Of a stretch of 64,000 nucleotides of DNA, positions 43,689 through 61,200 are shown piece after piece. The notes beneath the pieces are model-generated. The model was not told where the DNA came from, did no database searches, and saw only the letters and a list, made by a program, of their open reading frames with translations. This stretch comes from the human T2T-CHM13v2.0 reference genome, Homo sapiens, in the NCBI RefSeq assembly GCF_009914755.1, contig NC_060938.1. The stretch is one strand, 5' to 3'. Position numbers and translations under genes: made by a program. Positions within the stretch are counted from its first letter, which is position 1; each line of letters opens with the position of its first letter.

Positions 43689-43871
43689 AATAAATAAATA
43701 ATTAGCCAGGTGTGGTGGTGCAAACCTGTGGTCCTGGCAACCGAGGAGGCTGAGGTGGGAGGATTGCTTGGGCCCAGGAGGTCAAGGCTGCAGTGAGCCA
43801 TGATCATGTCACTGTACTTCATCCTAAGTGACAGAGTGGGACCCTGCCTCAAAAAAAAAAAAAAAAAAAAA
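43544..43871 (+). mobile_element. AluJ-like with (TAAA)n-expanded linker
   Basis: Alu dimer; (TAAA)n at about 43654-43700. Confidence 0.9.
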
Positions 43872-44064
43872 GAAATAGAAAAATGGGGGTTTGTGTAACA
43901 CTACAATTCATTATTTTGGGCTGTCATCATTTTTCATTATATTTTAAAAGGTATCAATAGAACTTTGTTAATGTGTTTATTTTTGGGGGGCAGAGTGTAT
44001 GGTAATGGAAGTTTGGTTAAATAATTTTCTTTCTTTTAAAAAACAGTTGTGATTCTTTTTTTGA

Positions 44065-44713
<649 letters not shown>

Positions 44714-44994
44714 GAATTTCAGATTTATAAACAAAATCAGTTTAATACTAAAGGATAAACAGTAGGGCTCATTGTGAACTCATTCATCCAATATTTCAGC
44801 ACCTACCTGTTCAGTGCTACTGTGTAGCACTGTGTTAGGAGCTGTGTGGATACTGCACTAGAACAAAGCTTTACAAGGGGAGAGGCTCTGCTTTGTTCAG
44901 TGCTGCATTTCCAGAGCCAGGACAGTGCTTGGCACGCAGTGAATATTCAGGAAATCATTTCAGAATGAATGAAAATATGGTCATGCACTGTTTT

Positions 44995-45485
44995 TACCAG
45001 TTACGGTGAGTTCAGCTGTGGGTGACAGAAACCCCTAAATTACAATGGCTTAAACTGGATGTAAGTTTGTTTTTCACATGAAATAAATCTCGAAAAAAGC
45101 AGTCCTGACTGCCAAGGAAGGTTCCTAATACCACCAGGGCCCAGTTTCCTCCTGTCTTATTGCCCTGGATTTCTTGGCATATAATTTTTTACTTCAGAGT
45201 CTCAGCTGACTGTGTGGGCTCCAGCCATCATGTCAACATTTCCAAGGAAAAGAAGAAAAGAAGAGCATGCTTCCTGTTTTTCACAGCACTTCCTGGAGGT
45301 TGCACACAACTCTTTTACTTAAGTCTCATTGGCCACAACTTAGTTACATTGTCACATCTAGCTGCAGCAAGGTTAAGAAATGTGAACTTCATTATGGGTG
45401 GCCATGTGCCCCAAGTAAAATCAGGAGTTCTATTTATGTGGAGGAAAGAAAGAATGTATTTTGGGAACAACTCGCAGCATCTCTT
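44995..45485. mobile_element. MLT1-type MaLR LTR
   Basis: cagctgtgggtgacagaaaccc...aatggcttaaac and ctcattggccacaacttagttacattgtcacatctagctgca resemble old MLT1 LTRs. Confidence 0.55.
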
Positions 45486-48400
45486 GATAATGAGCTTAAA
45501 TCTTAGGAGGTGAAATTATAAACACATTAAATTTTAAGTAACCACATAAAACTGTATATTATTGAAATCAAACAAGTAGTACAGATGATAGGAAGCACAG
45601 AGAGAGAAGATCCTTACAAAATCTTGGTTGATTAACTGCAGGAATATAGTGAAGGGCAGCATCATAGCTGAGGGGGTGAACCCGATACACAGAGAGTAGT
45701 GGGGAGAATTGGAGTCCAGTCCAAAGGCTACAGATGTTTTATATTAGATAGAGGTGGTAAAAATACAAAAAAAATGCACAGTGATTAAGAATAAAATTCA
45801 ATCTGCTTTTGATCATCAAGAAAAGGTCATAGTAATAGTTTTAAAATCAATATATTTTATTTAAAAAGACTTTTACCACCTTTAAAGAAATCTTTAAAGC
45901 CATGTTACTTAGATTTCCCCCTGCAAGCCTCCTGTGGTTCTGCTGTGTTTAATCGGTGGTTCACCAAGGTTGTAGTTTTCTCTATAAGGCTCTTCTATTC
46001 TCTTGCAGGGCACAGAGCACTCAAGGGACTCTTGTGGCCAATGGAGGTTTCCCTGAGAGTTGGGAAACTATAGTGCCCCTGTTCTATAACTGCTGTCTCA
46101 AAAACAAGTAACATAAAGAAGGGAGGAGTGAAAATTTGGTCCACGTATTTAGAGGCTGAATTTCTTTCTCTTAACTTACTAGTTTAAAAATTATACATAG
46201 AGTACACATACATTAAATAATTAGAAAATAAAGTTAAACATAAAGAAAAAATAACCTGTAATCTCCAGAGATGGCCTCTGTTAATATTTTGATGTAAGCT
46301 CTTCCAGACCTTTTAGTGCCTTTTTATAAATACATTCACTTAAACATTGATTTAAAAAATACTCTCAAATTGCTGTCTTATAACCTGCATTTTAAATTTA
46401 ACGATCTAGTGTGAACTTTTTTTGACCAATAAATCTAATCGCGTCATCATTTCAAATGGCTGCATAATATTTTATTGGGAAGATGTCAAGGGCCGATTTC
46501 TAGTGGCAGGAAATATGTCTGCAGTACTTCTTTTATCAGGAATTTAGGAGAGCTGCTAACTCACAGGAGCTGAGTGGGAGCAGAAGGCTTGAAAGAAGGT
46601 CATCAGAAAAGGTTAGTTGCACAGTTGCCCCAGGCTGAGAGACTGAATCTAATACCTGGACAACTGGTTACTCCCAAAGGAGGCTGTCTGGAGATGTGGC
46701 TGTCAGCATGGATGGGTATCTCTCATAGCCTGTGGCTCCCCCAGGAAGCCCAGGTGAGGGCCTCTTTAAAAGCAGATGGCTCTGGAGAAACCACCTCAGG
46801 CCAGCAGCTGGTGTTCTGTAAACAGCCCTCATCTGCCAGATGCTTGCCTGTTCTCCAGTTGGTGTTAGAGACTAAGAGCTCTGTCAAAGTGGGTGTAGTT
46901 TTAAAACTTCTTTAGCTGCTACATCGTCCCCCAGTAACCTCACCCCTTCACCCCAGCATTGTTCACATTCTGCTACCGATATTTGATTTACATAGAAAGC
47001 AATTACTTCATGAGCTGGGTATGTGCAGTGCTTAAGTCTTCTCACTCAGGAGCCTTTAGAAATAAAACTCAGATTAGGTAACAGCTAGGGCAGGATCATT
47101 GAGAACATTTTTTAACAGTGACATAATGACTTTCCTCAGTTATTTTCCCATTGTTTGAAAGGAATCATTATCTCTCTGTGAAACCACATTTGACATTGAG
47201 GCTTCAGTGAATTTCTGAAAGGCTGGCCCTTCCATCTGAATGGTAAGAGCCTACCTGCCTTCTGATAATGGGCTCTGCACCATCAGGGTACAGAATGGAT
47301 GCTGGGTGCTTGCAGGCTGCCCTGATGTTATCCATTAAGGGTACATATCTTACAATGTGAGAACTATATCTGATACAGATTTTGCTCCACAAGAATAAAC
47401 TTATTCTTACTTGAGGATAAATGACTGCAGGGATCATTGGCTTTTAAGTGTCATAATTTTTTATGTCATTATGAAAAAAATGGGGGCTGCAGTAAACCAC
47501 TTAGTATTATATTTCCATTTTCTGGATAATGGATTAGGTGTAATGTTCCAGCAAAAGTGTGTAGACCTACAGAGGGGAGGCTAGAAATAGAACAGGATAC
47601 AAAATATGTACAACAAAGTTTCCCAAGAAAGTCAAGTTAGCTTTCCTCTGATATGACCAAATATTAAAATATAAGGTGAATGCTTAGGAGAAGGGTTCAT
47701 GATTGATGGGGCACTAAATTTTTAAAAAACCTGATTAAGTTCTTAAGGGACCCTAAAATGGGAATTTGGAAAAGGCAAGGGTAGTCAGAATAGCAGAGAT
47801 TAGGGCTGGATAGTAAACAGTAACCTGGGGAAGTAATTAAAGATAAAAGCAGAAGAATTCAACACGGGAATGCTGAGATGTGAACTTGAGAAAAAAAAGA
47901 CAGTAAGAAAGGGACATAACCGTGCATATAACCTTTATATAGTGTGGAAATAAGATATTTTAAAATTCTGACTTGGGTTTTCAACTAGGAAAGCAGGAGT
48001 TTTACTAGGACTCATACATTCTGAATAAGAAGAAGAGTCAATTTTACGATTTTTGATAAAGGGGAAATGAAAAGCTGCCTCATGTTTCTAGTGGACAATC
48101 TTTTTGAGGTAGGTTTCCTGGAAGATATTCCTCCTGTATGAGTAGCTCTCGCTCTCTCTCTCCTTTTTTTTTTTTTTTTTTTTAGGTGAACTAAGGTCAA
48201 AACCACTGGCCATTGGGCTAGGTGACCAAGGGTGCTGGTGTTCAGAGAAACAAAATACTCTGAGAAGCAAATGGGGAAATAGAGAACCACAAAACACTTT
48301 GGGGAAGGTCACACTGGCAAATATTGGCATAGCAAATTGCTTCATAATGTAGGTATTGCTGAAAAATTCAGTGACCCCAGGGTAAGTTGTGGATTGATTG

Positions 48401-49034
48401 GCAGGAGTCCAGTGAATAGCTTGTTTTAGGGTTATACATTTGATGTTGTCACTTTATATTTTTCTCAGCCTCCATTTCTATACCTATAAAATAATGGCTT
48501 TGGAACAGATGATCATGATTTTAGCAAAGACTGAGGAGTGGCTAGAGCTGTGCTGTTGGGGGTGTTGAGTGTTATTATCTAAGATAATAATGCACCAATC
48601 ATCTAGGTAGAGCTAGCTAGGAGTACAAAATCTACAGAAGTCATGAAGCTTAAGTGCTGATGGGTCAATGGTGGAAGAGGGAACTTCTAGGACATGGTCT
48701 TTGGGCATAGTCAAATGGCCAATGCTTTGGCATTTTGCTTTTAAGGCCTTCTTTCTGCCTGGCTCTGGACCTGAGCCTTGTCAGTCTTATAGCAGCCATG
48801 TCTGGGAGCAGCTGTTAAACACAGATATATTTGTGAGAAGTTTGCAAGTATCAAAAAAAAAAAAACAGTGGTGACAACTTAAGCAAAATCAGGGAACTTA
48901 TTATTAGGAGACAGGAGTGACTTGGGACCTTGGGAACCAACTAGAACCAAAGACCGGAAGCCTGTTGGAACTTTCCATCTCTAGTCTTGGTTCCTGTCTG
49001 TGTCTCTGCCAGATCTGTTAGGCATAACCTTATT

Positions 49035-49500
49035 CTAGTCAGCACTATCAGAACACAGTTGGAATACAGTATCCAGGCCCGGTCATCACATCCTGAAGGG
49101 AAACATGAAGGCTGTTTAAAGGAGAGCCATAGAATGACTAAAGACCTAAAAAAGAAAAAAAAAATTATGTCAGAGAGGAGATGCTAGAGGCCTGGAGATA
49201 ATTCATTGAGAAAAGTCTGCTATTGGTGCATAAAACGGTCTTAATTAGATGATGGATTATTAGTGTAAGAAGATGATGACCAACTGTTCTTTGTTTTCAC
49301 TAAGGATAAACTCACAGAAAAAGTGAGTCAGGCTAGATGAAAGTAAAGAGGTGATGGCAGTGGTGACTGTGGCATTATGATGGCTTTCAGGAGAAAGCTG
49401 AGGCTTCTCCTGCAACCACTTGACAGACAGGTAACTTGTGTCTCTCTGGAATGATGTCCATTCTGTCTTCAGGCAGGAGGATGGCCTGGAAGGGCCTATC
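49035..49500 (+). mobile_element. CR1/L3-like fragment
   Basis: agcactatcagaacacagttggaatacagtatccagg resembles the CR1 ORF2 3' region; highly diverged. Confidence 0.35.
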
Positions 49501-52500
49501 AACCCTTCTTAATTTGGGGGGCAGGTATTTGGTTGGGTCATAGCAGCTCTTAATTTTTTCTGGTGAAGCAGTGTTTGAAGGGGCTTCTTAGGCTCTTTGG
49601 TGTTTTCTCAGGCTTATATCGTACTATATTGTACCATTAAGTAACTTTCTACCTTTCTGGCCCCTCATCTCAAGTTTCAGTGTCTAGCTGACAAAGTGCA
49701 TTCATATTTTATTTGCAGGTTTGGAACATATTTGTTGCTGGTTATTTAGAAAATTATTAAATCTGATGTTCATGTTGTTTTTTGCTTTCAAGGCATCCAG
49801 TGGCCATTTGAGAGAAATGAGACTGAAATGCTTATTTATTTTGCTTTCAATTGCATGATTTGACTTTTCAAATAAAAATAATTAACATATCCTCTCCAAT
49901 TACAAAAGAAAAATAATCCCTCCTCCTCCTCCTTAATTGCTTTAAACTCAACATTTACCTCATTTAGATACATGTGACTCAAGTACTGAAAGCTGCTCAG
50001 CTCATAATGTGAGGGGGGAGGGAAGAGTAACATTTTGTAATGAAATCCTCAAAAGTAGCTCTAAATGTTGGCTGCCTTATGTCTTAAATGACATACTTCA
50101 TATGATAGAAAAAAGTCAATGAAAAGTTTGATCTGGTATTTATTAGGTAAAAATGGCTTCAGATGTTTCCCAGCTAAATAGACCATGGCAGAAAAATTAT
50201 AATGAAAGAGCAGAAGAGTTGCTATGGGTGTTTATTCCCTAGAAAGCCATTAGAATAAAAGTCACCCTCACTTTTTGCTGGCCTCTCTCTGGTGCATTAA
50301 TGTCACTCTCAAGTCCCTCTCTGAGATGGTGGTGTTTCTGACCAGCCAGAAGTAGTTTTAGTGATGAACAGATTATTTTCTGAAAAAAATGAGGTTGTCA
50401 CTAAAAATAAGGCCTCTGAATAAAAGAAACTATTTGTATCTGATAATGACACACACATTTTGACACCTATACACTGTTTTGCTTCCAGATAGATGTCCAT
50501 TTAAGTCACCCTATAATGCCTTCCCCCACATACTACTGATTTTCCCATTATATTTCCTAATGATGGAAATTTCTTATCTAAAGTTATTATGGCCCCAATT
50601 GTTACACTCAGTATGGTTTTGTTTTATTTTTGTATATTAGGTTTGGGTGAAATTATAAAGAATTTGGGTTCAGAACTGTGCTCGCCTTCTGGAGTACCTA
50701 TCACTCAGGTGAGAGGTACCTTTGGAGAGGGTGTGCTGCCTAAAGCCACACACCACTGAGTAAGATGACAGTGGACAGGTGAGGCTCGAGGGGCCTGGGC
50801 TACTGGGAAGGGCTTGTGCATCCAGGAGCCAGGTGGGTGTGGTGGGAATGGGAATGGGGAGTAGAGGTGTCTCCTCTGTGAGGGCGGGCAGGCAGTGAAA
50901 GGCCAGAAAAACACCCAGAGAGCACAAGTCAGACCTTCTTTTTTGGAGGAACCACTGAGATGATTGTTGGGGACCTGACTGCATCCAGAGCTGTGTCTAC
51001 CCTATGAACCTTCACTTCCACTGACCCTGAAGTCCTTTAGAAATGTTGGCACTCTCATTAGACGGGCTGTTTCATCCTGATTTCACATTCTCCCCATGTG
51101 CTAGTCTTGAAACCATTAGGTTTCTCCTGTTTTTCTTATGATAACGTTGCTTGACTAGACAGTGTCGTTTTAGCCAATAGCCCAAGGCAAAAGCTGAGTG
51201 CCAGGCTTTCTGTTTATCCAGCCTTGCAACCCTCGGGTGCAGGCAACGCTCTCCCTCTCCCTTACTGTGTTAGTCTGCTTTCAGTTAGATGCCTTCCCAA
51301 ATCTAAGAGTAAAGGTCTTTGGATAGCAACACCTGTTGTATGTGAAGCAACTGGATAGGGTTATGAATCCTCATGTGGCTCTTCCACATTCAGTGAGAGA
51401 AAAGCACGCAGGTTCACTTAGACAAAGCTGGCTCACCACTTTACAGTTTAGATGGCATTTATTCCCTGAATTGGTTAAAAGTAGAAGTCTCTAAGAAGAT
51501 TAATCTACTCTGCAGAGATTTTTTCATGAAATAGAAATGCACCCTTTTTTGGTCTTTCTCTTAACAGAGAAAATGAGACAGCTGTCACCTGGCCCTTGAA
51601 AAGATAGAACTTTTCACTAAAGTTGTCTGGATATATACATTGCCCAAGTTCTCCCAAGTCTTACCACTGAACCATGTCTGCAATGGTCATGTTCCTTGTC
51701 AGCTCTGGGGGCTTTGAGCCTTGCTGATACAGAGTAGAGTAGGAACGGGAGTGGGTGTGTCGGTGAAGATGACTGGAACTTTAATCTCTTCCTGAGGTCT
51801 GTTTTTGAATTTGCCAAAGATAGAGGACAAAGCTTTGAGAGTGAGAACAGTGGTGGAGAGAAAGAGCGTCTTTTTAAAGAGGTGTTGAGATGATGGGGTC
51901 AGATGGCTTCAGGAAGGCCAAGGATTTGTTGCTAAAGGTAGGGGCAGTGTCATCGGGACCACTTGTGGGTGGATGAGGAGTGAGCTAGCCAGCCCAGGGA
52001 TAAAAGCAACATGAATTAATGAGGCTTCTGAGAATCCTCAGCAATTGGACTGACCCCTGCTGCCTGGCTTCCCAGGGTGGGTTCCAAGCACAGTGTGGCC
52101 TCACATTCTAAGTAGCTGACAGCAGGAGGTGCTGATATGGAGTAGTGGAGGAAGGGTTTGCCAGAAGAGAAGCTTGGGAAAGTCTCAATCCCCAGGCTTT
52201 GGAATAAGTAGAAGAAAGCCTTGCTACCCTAAATAGTGACAGCTGGAAATCACGAGGGAGCATTCTGTTTGGGAGTCATGACCCTTCCCGTCACATTTCT
52301 GCATTCTGGCAGGCTGTTGGAGAGATCTGTGTGACAGCCTCACCTTTCAGCACGCCTCAGTCACACCAGGGAGACAGCAGGAGTGAGGAGGAAGGAGAGA
52401 GAAGAGAGCTTGCGCCTGCTTCCTAAACAGTTCCTTCTCTCTGGGTCAGGACCAGGTTACAGAGGTCACCAGTCATGTGGTAACATCCTGATGATAAGGT

Positions 52501-55459
52501 GGAAAGTCTCTCCTCTACTCCCTTGAGGTGGCATTTGCATGGGCCATTAAAGAAGGGATGTTGATCTCTCCTGGGCCATCGTCCACACACGTATCTCAGC
52601 CCCCTGCCAACCCCCTCAGCAAAGGCACCCGGGTTAGAATCTAGACATTCACAGTGGGGAACTCTTGATTTTTAATCATGCAGGAAACCACTTTATCTTT
52701 TTAAAATGATAAATGACTTAGGAGAAGCAGACACAATCATGCCTTTTCAGGATTGTTTAGGAGATTTGGAGGTAGAAATATGATGGATTGGATTTGAATT
52801 CACTTAGCGCTGACTAAGATAAATTGTCACTAAAATCATAAGGCTGCATATTTTCACAGTCAAGCCCATTTCACTTTTAAAACTAGCTACTCTCTATAGG
52901 CTTCTTGTCAGCAACAGGGAAGGAATGGGATAATAATTATCAGATTAGGAGAACACCATTAAAATCACTAAGGTAGTCTGCTTGCCTGGTTGAAATATTT
53001 GGTTAGGAGGCTCATCTCATTGCTTCCTGCAGTTGCAGCAAGTGAGGAAATATCCCTGCGGCCACCGTTAGAATGAAACTTACGCATTCCTGTCGCAACA
53101 AGCACCATGATGTTCCACAATGAATTCAAAGCAATTGTCTGTTCACATCATTAAAAATAAAAAACATTTCCGATTCATCTTAGTAATACTCAGATAAAAA
53201 CAATGAACTTGCTCTGGGCAAAATTTTCCTAAAGATTATATATTCATAATTACTTATATATATGGGCAACCTTTGAAATAATACACACGAAACTGGTAAC
53301 TTTGAATGTCTCTGAAGGGAATCTGGATGATTAGGAGAGTGGGCTATTATTATTTAGATTACAATGTAAAAACTACTCATTAAAATATTACCTGTTAATA
53401 TTAAAAACATTCCTTTTAAATATCTTTTTTCTTTATTGAAAAGGGGACACCATGCTGGCTGATTTGCTTTTTCTGTTAAGTATGTGATGGACTCATAGTA
53501 TACATTCACCTGCCCTGGGTTGTAATAAAGACAGATACAAAGACATAGGCACAGACATTACTGCAAAATCGTAACAGAAAGCAAAATTCATCACGGTAAT
53601 TGTCCCACCACATCATTGGCTGGAGGCTGATAATGGTTGTTAATTTAAATGTAAATTTAAGATAAACTGTCTTTTATAATGTATCTTATAAATATAGTAT
53701 CTGTTTAGAGTAGAACATTTAGAAATGCTGATAAACAGAAGAAAAATCACCCATAGTCTAACCACTCTGAGATCATTGTGACTAACCTTTCAAAATATAT
53801 CCATATATATCTGTATAGGCCCCTTTTCTATGTTAATCTTTTTATATTTGGCTGTGTCCATGCATGTGCATATGGGATGCTGCCAACTAATTTCCCTCCA
53901 AGAGCCAGGCAGATAACATAAACGTGTCAAATCAGCTGGATATAAGGTGAATTGGAGAATGATGAGTATTTTGCTAACCTGGAGAGCTTATACTTTGCCT
54001 AAAGATATCTCAAAGTTTCAGTAATATGTGGCCAAATATAACAATGTAGGCAGGATTTAGCTTGTGGGCCACCAGCTGATTTCACAGGAGGTAACCAAGG
54101 TTATTATTTTCTTCTGTATCTTTTCAGAGATATTCTGTATGAGTGTATGTGTATATTTTAGCTGTGCACACTCACACAAATTCATTCTCTCCTCAACTTC
54201 TGGCTCTTTTTGTTAAGCAAATGATAGCATGCCATTTCCAATTTTACCGCTGAGACTGAGACTGAGTCAAATATTTTGGCAGATAGTTTATTGTACTGTC
54301 TGCATTATCACTTATTACCTCCCTCCTGATCATCTTCTAGGTTCTCCTTGGTCCAACTCAGAGAATGTAGGGATTCTTTCCCACTACAGTATGTTTGCAT
54401 TTCCTTTTAGTGAAAAATCTCTTCCTACTTTAAACCTTATGCAATTCCCTACCCTCTTCTCTTAACTTTAAACCATGTCAATTTCCTTTTACTTTCTTTC
54501 CCCGACTTGTTAGTATTTTAATCACCTAACAGTTATGATTACCTTCAGATTCCACTAGCATTTTATTATGCATGCTGCAAGAATCGTAATAGATGTTAAG
54601 TAAGATTAACCCTGAGCTTGACCTGTGGGTCATCCTATTAGAGTCAACAACCTTCTCCAAATTGAATGCCATGTCATCTATCATTGTACTTTCTAAAGTC
54701 TCTTGCCAACGGTTTTAGCTGTGATGAGCTGCTTTCAATATCACCCATCTGCTACCAACTCCTATCTAGCAATATAACCATTTAATGAAGAATCTCGTTC
54801 AACTAATAAGATTATTAGGCAAGATTCTGTTGACAGTGCACACATTGGCAGCTTTTCTTGAGTGCTTTTTAAAAAAATTGCTTTGGCTGCAGATAAAGTG
54901 ACGCTTTTCCCCAAGGTGTGTAGAGTTAACAAAGTACAGTGAAAATAGCAGAGTTTAAATCTTGACTTTATTGATGGATGATCTTGGTAGGCATCTGACT
55001 ATGGAGCCTTGATTTCTTCATTATAAAACTGGGCTAATATCCGTTCCAGTTATGTCACAGGGTTATTGGAATAATGTTACAAAACGAATGCAAAATCACC
55101 TTATCGAATGCTATCTGAGAAGATTCTTTTCCACTTCAGGGCTACTCAACAATCAACTGAGAAAATAGGATAGCAGTGGATTTATATTTATACTGTTTAA
55201 AAACCACAATTCCCCTCCAAACCTCCCTACTCTTCTTCAACCTTTCCCTTAGTACTCCTTATTCAGCACCTGAGTTTGATTCTGACTTCTTGGAGGCTCT
55301 GGTCAAAGTTTCTCTGCTTCCAAAATCTTCACTTTTAGCCTTTCACACCTGCACTGAAGATATTAGGCTCACTTCTTCATCCTAGTGTATATTTCCACCT
55401 ATGTCCGGCTTCTTTTTTTAAATCTCCTCCCTGAAGTTGCTCCATTCATTGCTCCTTTG

Positions 55460-55746
55460 TTTTTGAGACAGGGTCTGACTTTTTTGCCCTGGCTGGAGTG
55501 CATTGGCATGATCTCAGCTCAATATAACCTCTGCCTCCTGAGTTTAAGCCATCCTCCCACCTCAGCCTCCCAAGTAGCTGGGACTACAGTGAACATCACC
55601 GTACGTGGCTAATTTTTGTATTTTTTGTAAAGACGGGGGTTTCACCATGTTGCACAGGATTGTCTTGAACTCCTGAGCTCAAACAGTCTGCCTGCCTAGG
55701 CCTCACAAAGTGCTGGGATTACAGGTGTGAGCCCCCGGCACCCAGC
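55460..55746 (-). mobile_element. AluJ-like
   Basis: Diverged full antisense Alu. Confidence 0.88.
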
Positions 55747-56799
55747 TGCTGGTCCATCTTTTTGGAGTATATTTTTTCTTCTCAGGCAGCTCCTTCTCTC
55801 CTACGCGTGTGCCCATGTTTCTTTTTCTAAAATCCTTCCCTTAGTGCAGCTATTTCTTTAAGGCTACCACTCATCCCATCTCTCTCCTCCACACCACCAG
55901 ATATCTGCTCCTTCCATTCCCTTCTCACTCACTTTGTCCTTAGCTTCTTGCAGTCACATCCCCCCCTCCCCATACTACCCTGAATGGGGTAGCTGAATCT
56001 GATGCATTAAAGGTCACTTTCTGATAACCAAATCTACTGATGTATACTCAGCTCTCATTTTTCTTGAATTTCTTACAACTTTAACATGATTAGTAATAAA
56101 ACATAATTCTGTTTTTATTCCCGCCTTCCCAGTCAAGTTTCTCTTTTTCTTGCTCCTCCAATTCAGGTGTTCTTCAAGGTTCTGTCCCCAAGTCTTGATG
56201 ATCTCATCAAGTCTCACATCTTTTGTGAATAATCACCAAATACCCAGGTCATATCCCAACTGTAGTCCCAATTTCGAGGCCTTCCTTACCAATAGCTGGC
56301 AGGGTACCTCTACATGAAGGTCATGATGAAGCCGTTCAAACTTAATATTTCAGTTGAACTTACCATCTTCTCCTCAAAGCTGGTCTGTACACTTGGTATC
56401 CCTATTTCCGTTCAGACAACTTTTCCTGTAAATTGACAATTACTTCTAAATTGCAAAATAAACTGAACCCCAGGTCTCTAGGCTGTCGAACTGGGTGAAA
56501 AGCAAATCAGGAGAACTATTAGAGTAATAGCAATCAGAGTGAAATTAACATGAACCACAAGAGAAAGCCAGGCAGGGGAACAGGAAATCAACATCAAGCA
56601 TTTTGCTTAGGAATCAGATGACCAGTGCTGTTCAATATGCCAGTGTTTGTATTTCTAGTCTTCCTTCAAGGCTCCTGCCCAGCAGATATGAAGACTGGGC
56701 CCTCATTGCAGTTCATTGTTTAAGAACTACTGTATGATAACAATATCTCTTTAGACTATCTAATTCCTTATTCTCAGTTTTTAAATTTATACATTCTCC

Positions 56800-59100
<2,301 letters not shown>

Positions 59101-60499
59101 TTCATCCTTTTAACTTCAATTCAGTCTTCCAAGTGGGTTTCCTAATAGGACGTATTAATAAAGTGGCTTTTTGCATGCTACTCATAAATCAATTTCTTTT
59201 AACTAAAGTCGTTCAAGAGAAGTTTGAGACAACTCGATGAGTTTGAAATGAATTTTTAGACTCAAGGGTCAGAAATTCACTTGGGGATATTTAAAAAGAA
59301 AGAAACCAAAAAGCAACTTTGATCCTTTCACAAGTGAGGTGTAGCCTTCATCTGTTTTTTTTTTTTTTTTTTTGTAATATAATCTGAGGCTGAGAAGGGG
59401 CTCTTTGATATCTGTAATATCCAATTTAAAATTCACTGAATTCTAGAAATAAAGACCTAGAAGGAACCACAGGGACCATCTGGTTCAACCCTCTCATTTT
59501 ACAGGAAATAGAGGCTCAGAGAGATGAAATAAAATATTTAGGGCTGAAACCTAGTTTCTTTTCCTTAAAGATTTCAATTTTTAAAAGGATGGATTTAGCT
59601 CTTCATTCCTCCAAGGGAATGGGACTTTCATAAATTGACTCGGATACACATAATCTTCTAGAAGTTTCCCTCTTCTTTTGAGGTGTTCCCCTGCCCCCCA
59701 TTTACTAACACTCTTGGAGTTGCATATAAACCCTGGTCAAATGCTTTGGACACATAGCAACTAATATTCCCCTGAGCCTACTGGGTACTATAAATCAGCC
59801 TGCAGAACGGATGGGGGACTTCCATTTTCTCTTTGTTTTCTTACGTCTCTTTCTTCTTCCTTTTCTTTTATTTATTTATTTTTTATTTTATTAAGCCCCA
59901 TTTCCCTTCTCTAGGGAGAGTATACAATAATATTCTTTCTTAGACCCTGGAAACTTGGGTTAGAAATACATCTCTCCAGATGGTTAGGGGAGAGTCCCTT
60001 GAGCCAGACTAAAAGCCTTCAATATTCTTTTTTCCCACTTATTTTTCTTATGCTGGGTCCACATCTAAATAGCCTAAAAGCTTATTTTGGTTAAATCAGT
60101 TTTCTTTTCTAAATAAAGTGCTGCACGAGGGGTTTTGTTTCTAGTTAGAATCCTTTTTTAGCTCTAAAATGTCTATGAATCTAGGGTAAGATTCATCAGA
60201 AGGGTGTTGAGAAAAAGCAGAGCAGGCAACTGACTGTAAAGATCCTTCGGGATTGCTGGTAATGACCGTGTATCTTAACTGCCCAGTGCTGTTAAACTAC
60301 TCCTGGATTACCCGTAAGCTGCTTTCTGTAGTAGATGTCAGATTTCTCTGGGTCCTAACTTTAAAAAACAGCTCTCCACCACCACCACCAACTCAGTATG
60401 CTAGAAACAAGACTTAGCTCCTAGAGGACAGTGGCTGCGTCTTAGTCATTTTTGTTCACTCGTGCTGCCCAGTGATAATGATGACAGTGGTGGTGATGG

Positions 60500-61200
60500 T
60501 GATAAAAATAAAAATAAAATAATTATGCTTATTACATGCCTGGCACTGTTCACAGTATTTCACACATATGAATAACTCATTTAATTCTCATGTCTAAGAG
60601 GTAAATTACTATTATTATCTCTATTTTACACGTTCAGGCATAGAGAGGCTAAGTCATTTATCCAGAGTCATACTGTTTACCATCAAGATCCAAACAGAAA
60701 AGAGATGACATATAAAGTAGTTAAATTGGGAGGTTTATTTACAAAGCGGGCTGGCTACAAATGTGGGTATACAGGAGGCATTGACGGAGCTAGGAGCAGG
60801 CAAGCTGTTACTACCCCTAGGCCTGAATGGATGAGGGAAGGGAGCCGTCAGCAGAACCCAGAAGGAGAGAGAACTGTGTGAAGCCAATTGCACATTGCAC
60901 AGAGCAGTGATTTCTGGGCAGGTACACTCCCAGTCTATAGCAGTCTTGCAGAGAAGGAGTCAAGGGAATAAACACCCTAACCCCTTTCTCTGCCCTCCTT
61001 CTGCACTCCTGACAGGCCCTTTCAGTGGCATACTTTGGCAGACCTTCAAGCGTCCTGAAGACCACTGATGCCATTCATGCAGTCCAGCACCAGGGCAGAC
61101 AGCAGAGTTCATATGGCACACACCAGAGTTAAGTAGTAGACCTTTGAACCCGGGCAGTCTAACTCCAGTGTCCATATTCCTAACCACTGTGCCAAATAAT
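60500..61200. mobile_element. MIR split by an old LTR-like insertion (about 60675-61085)
   Basis: MIR motifs at 60520-60670 resume at 61110-61195; the intervening sequence looks like an ERVL-type LTR. Family uncertain. Confidence 0.35.
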
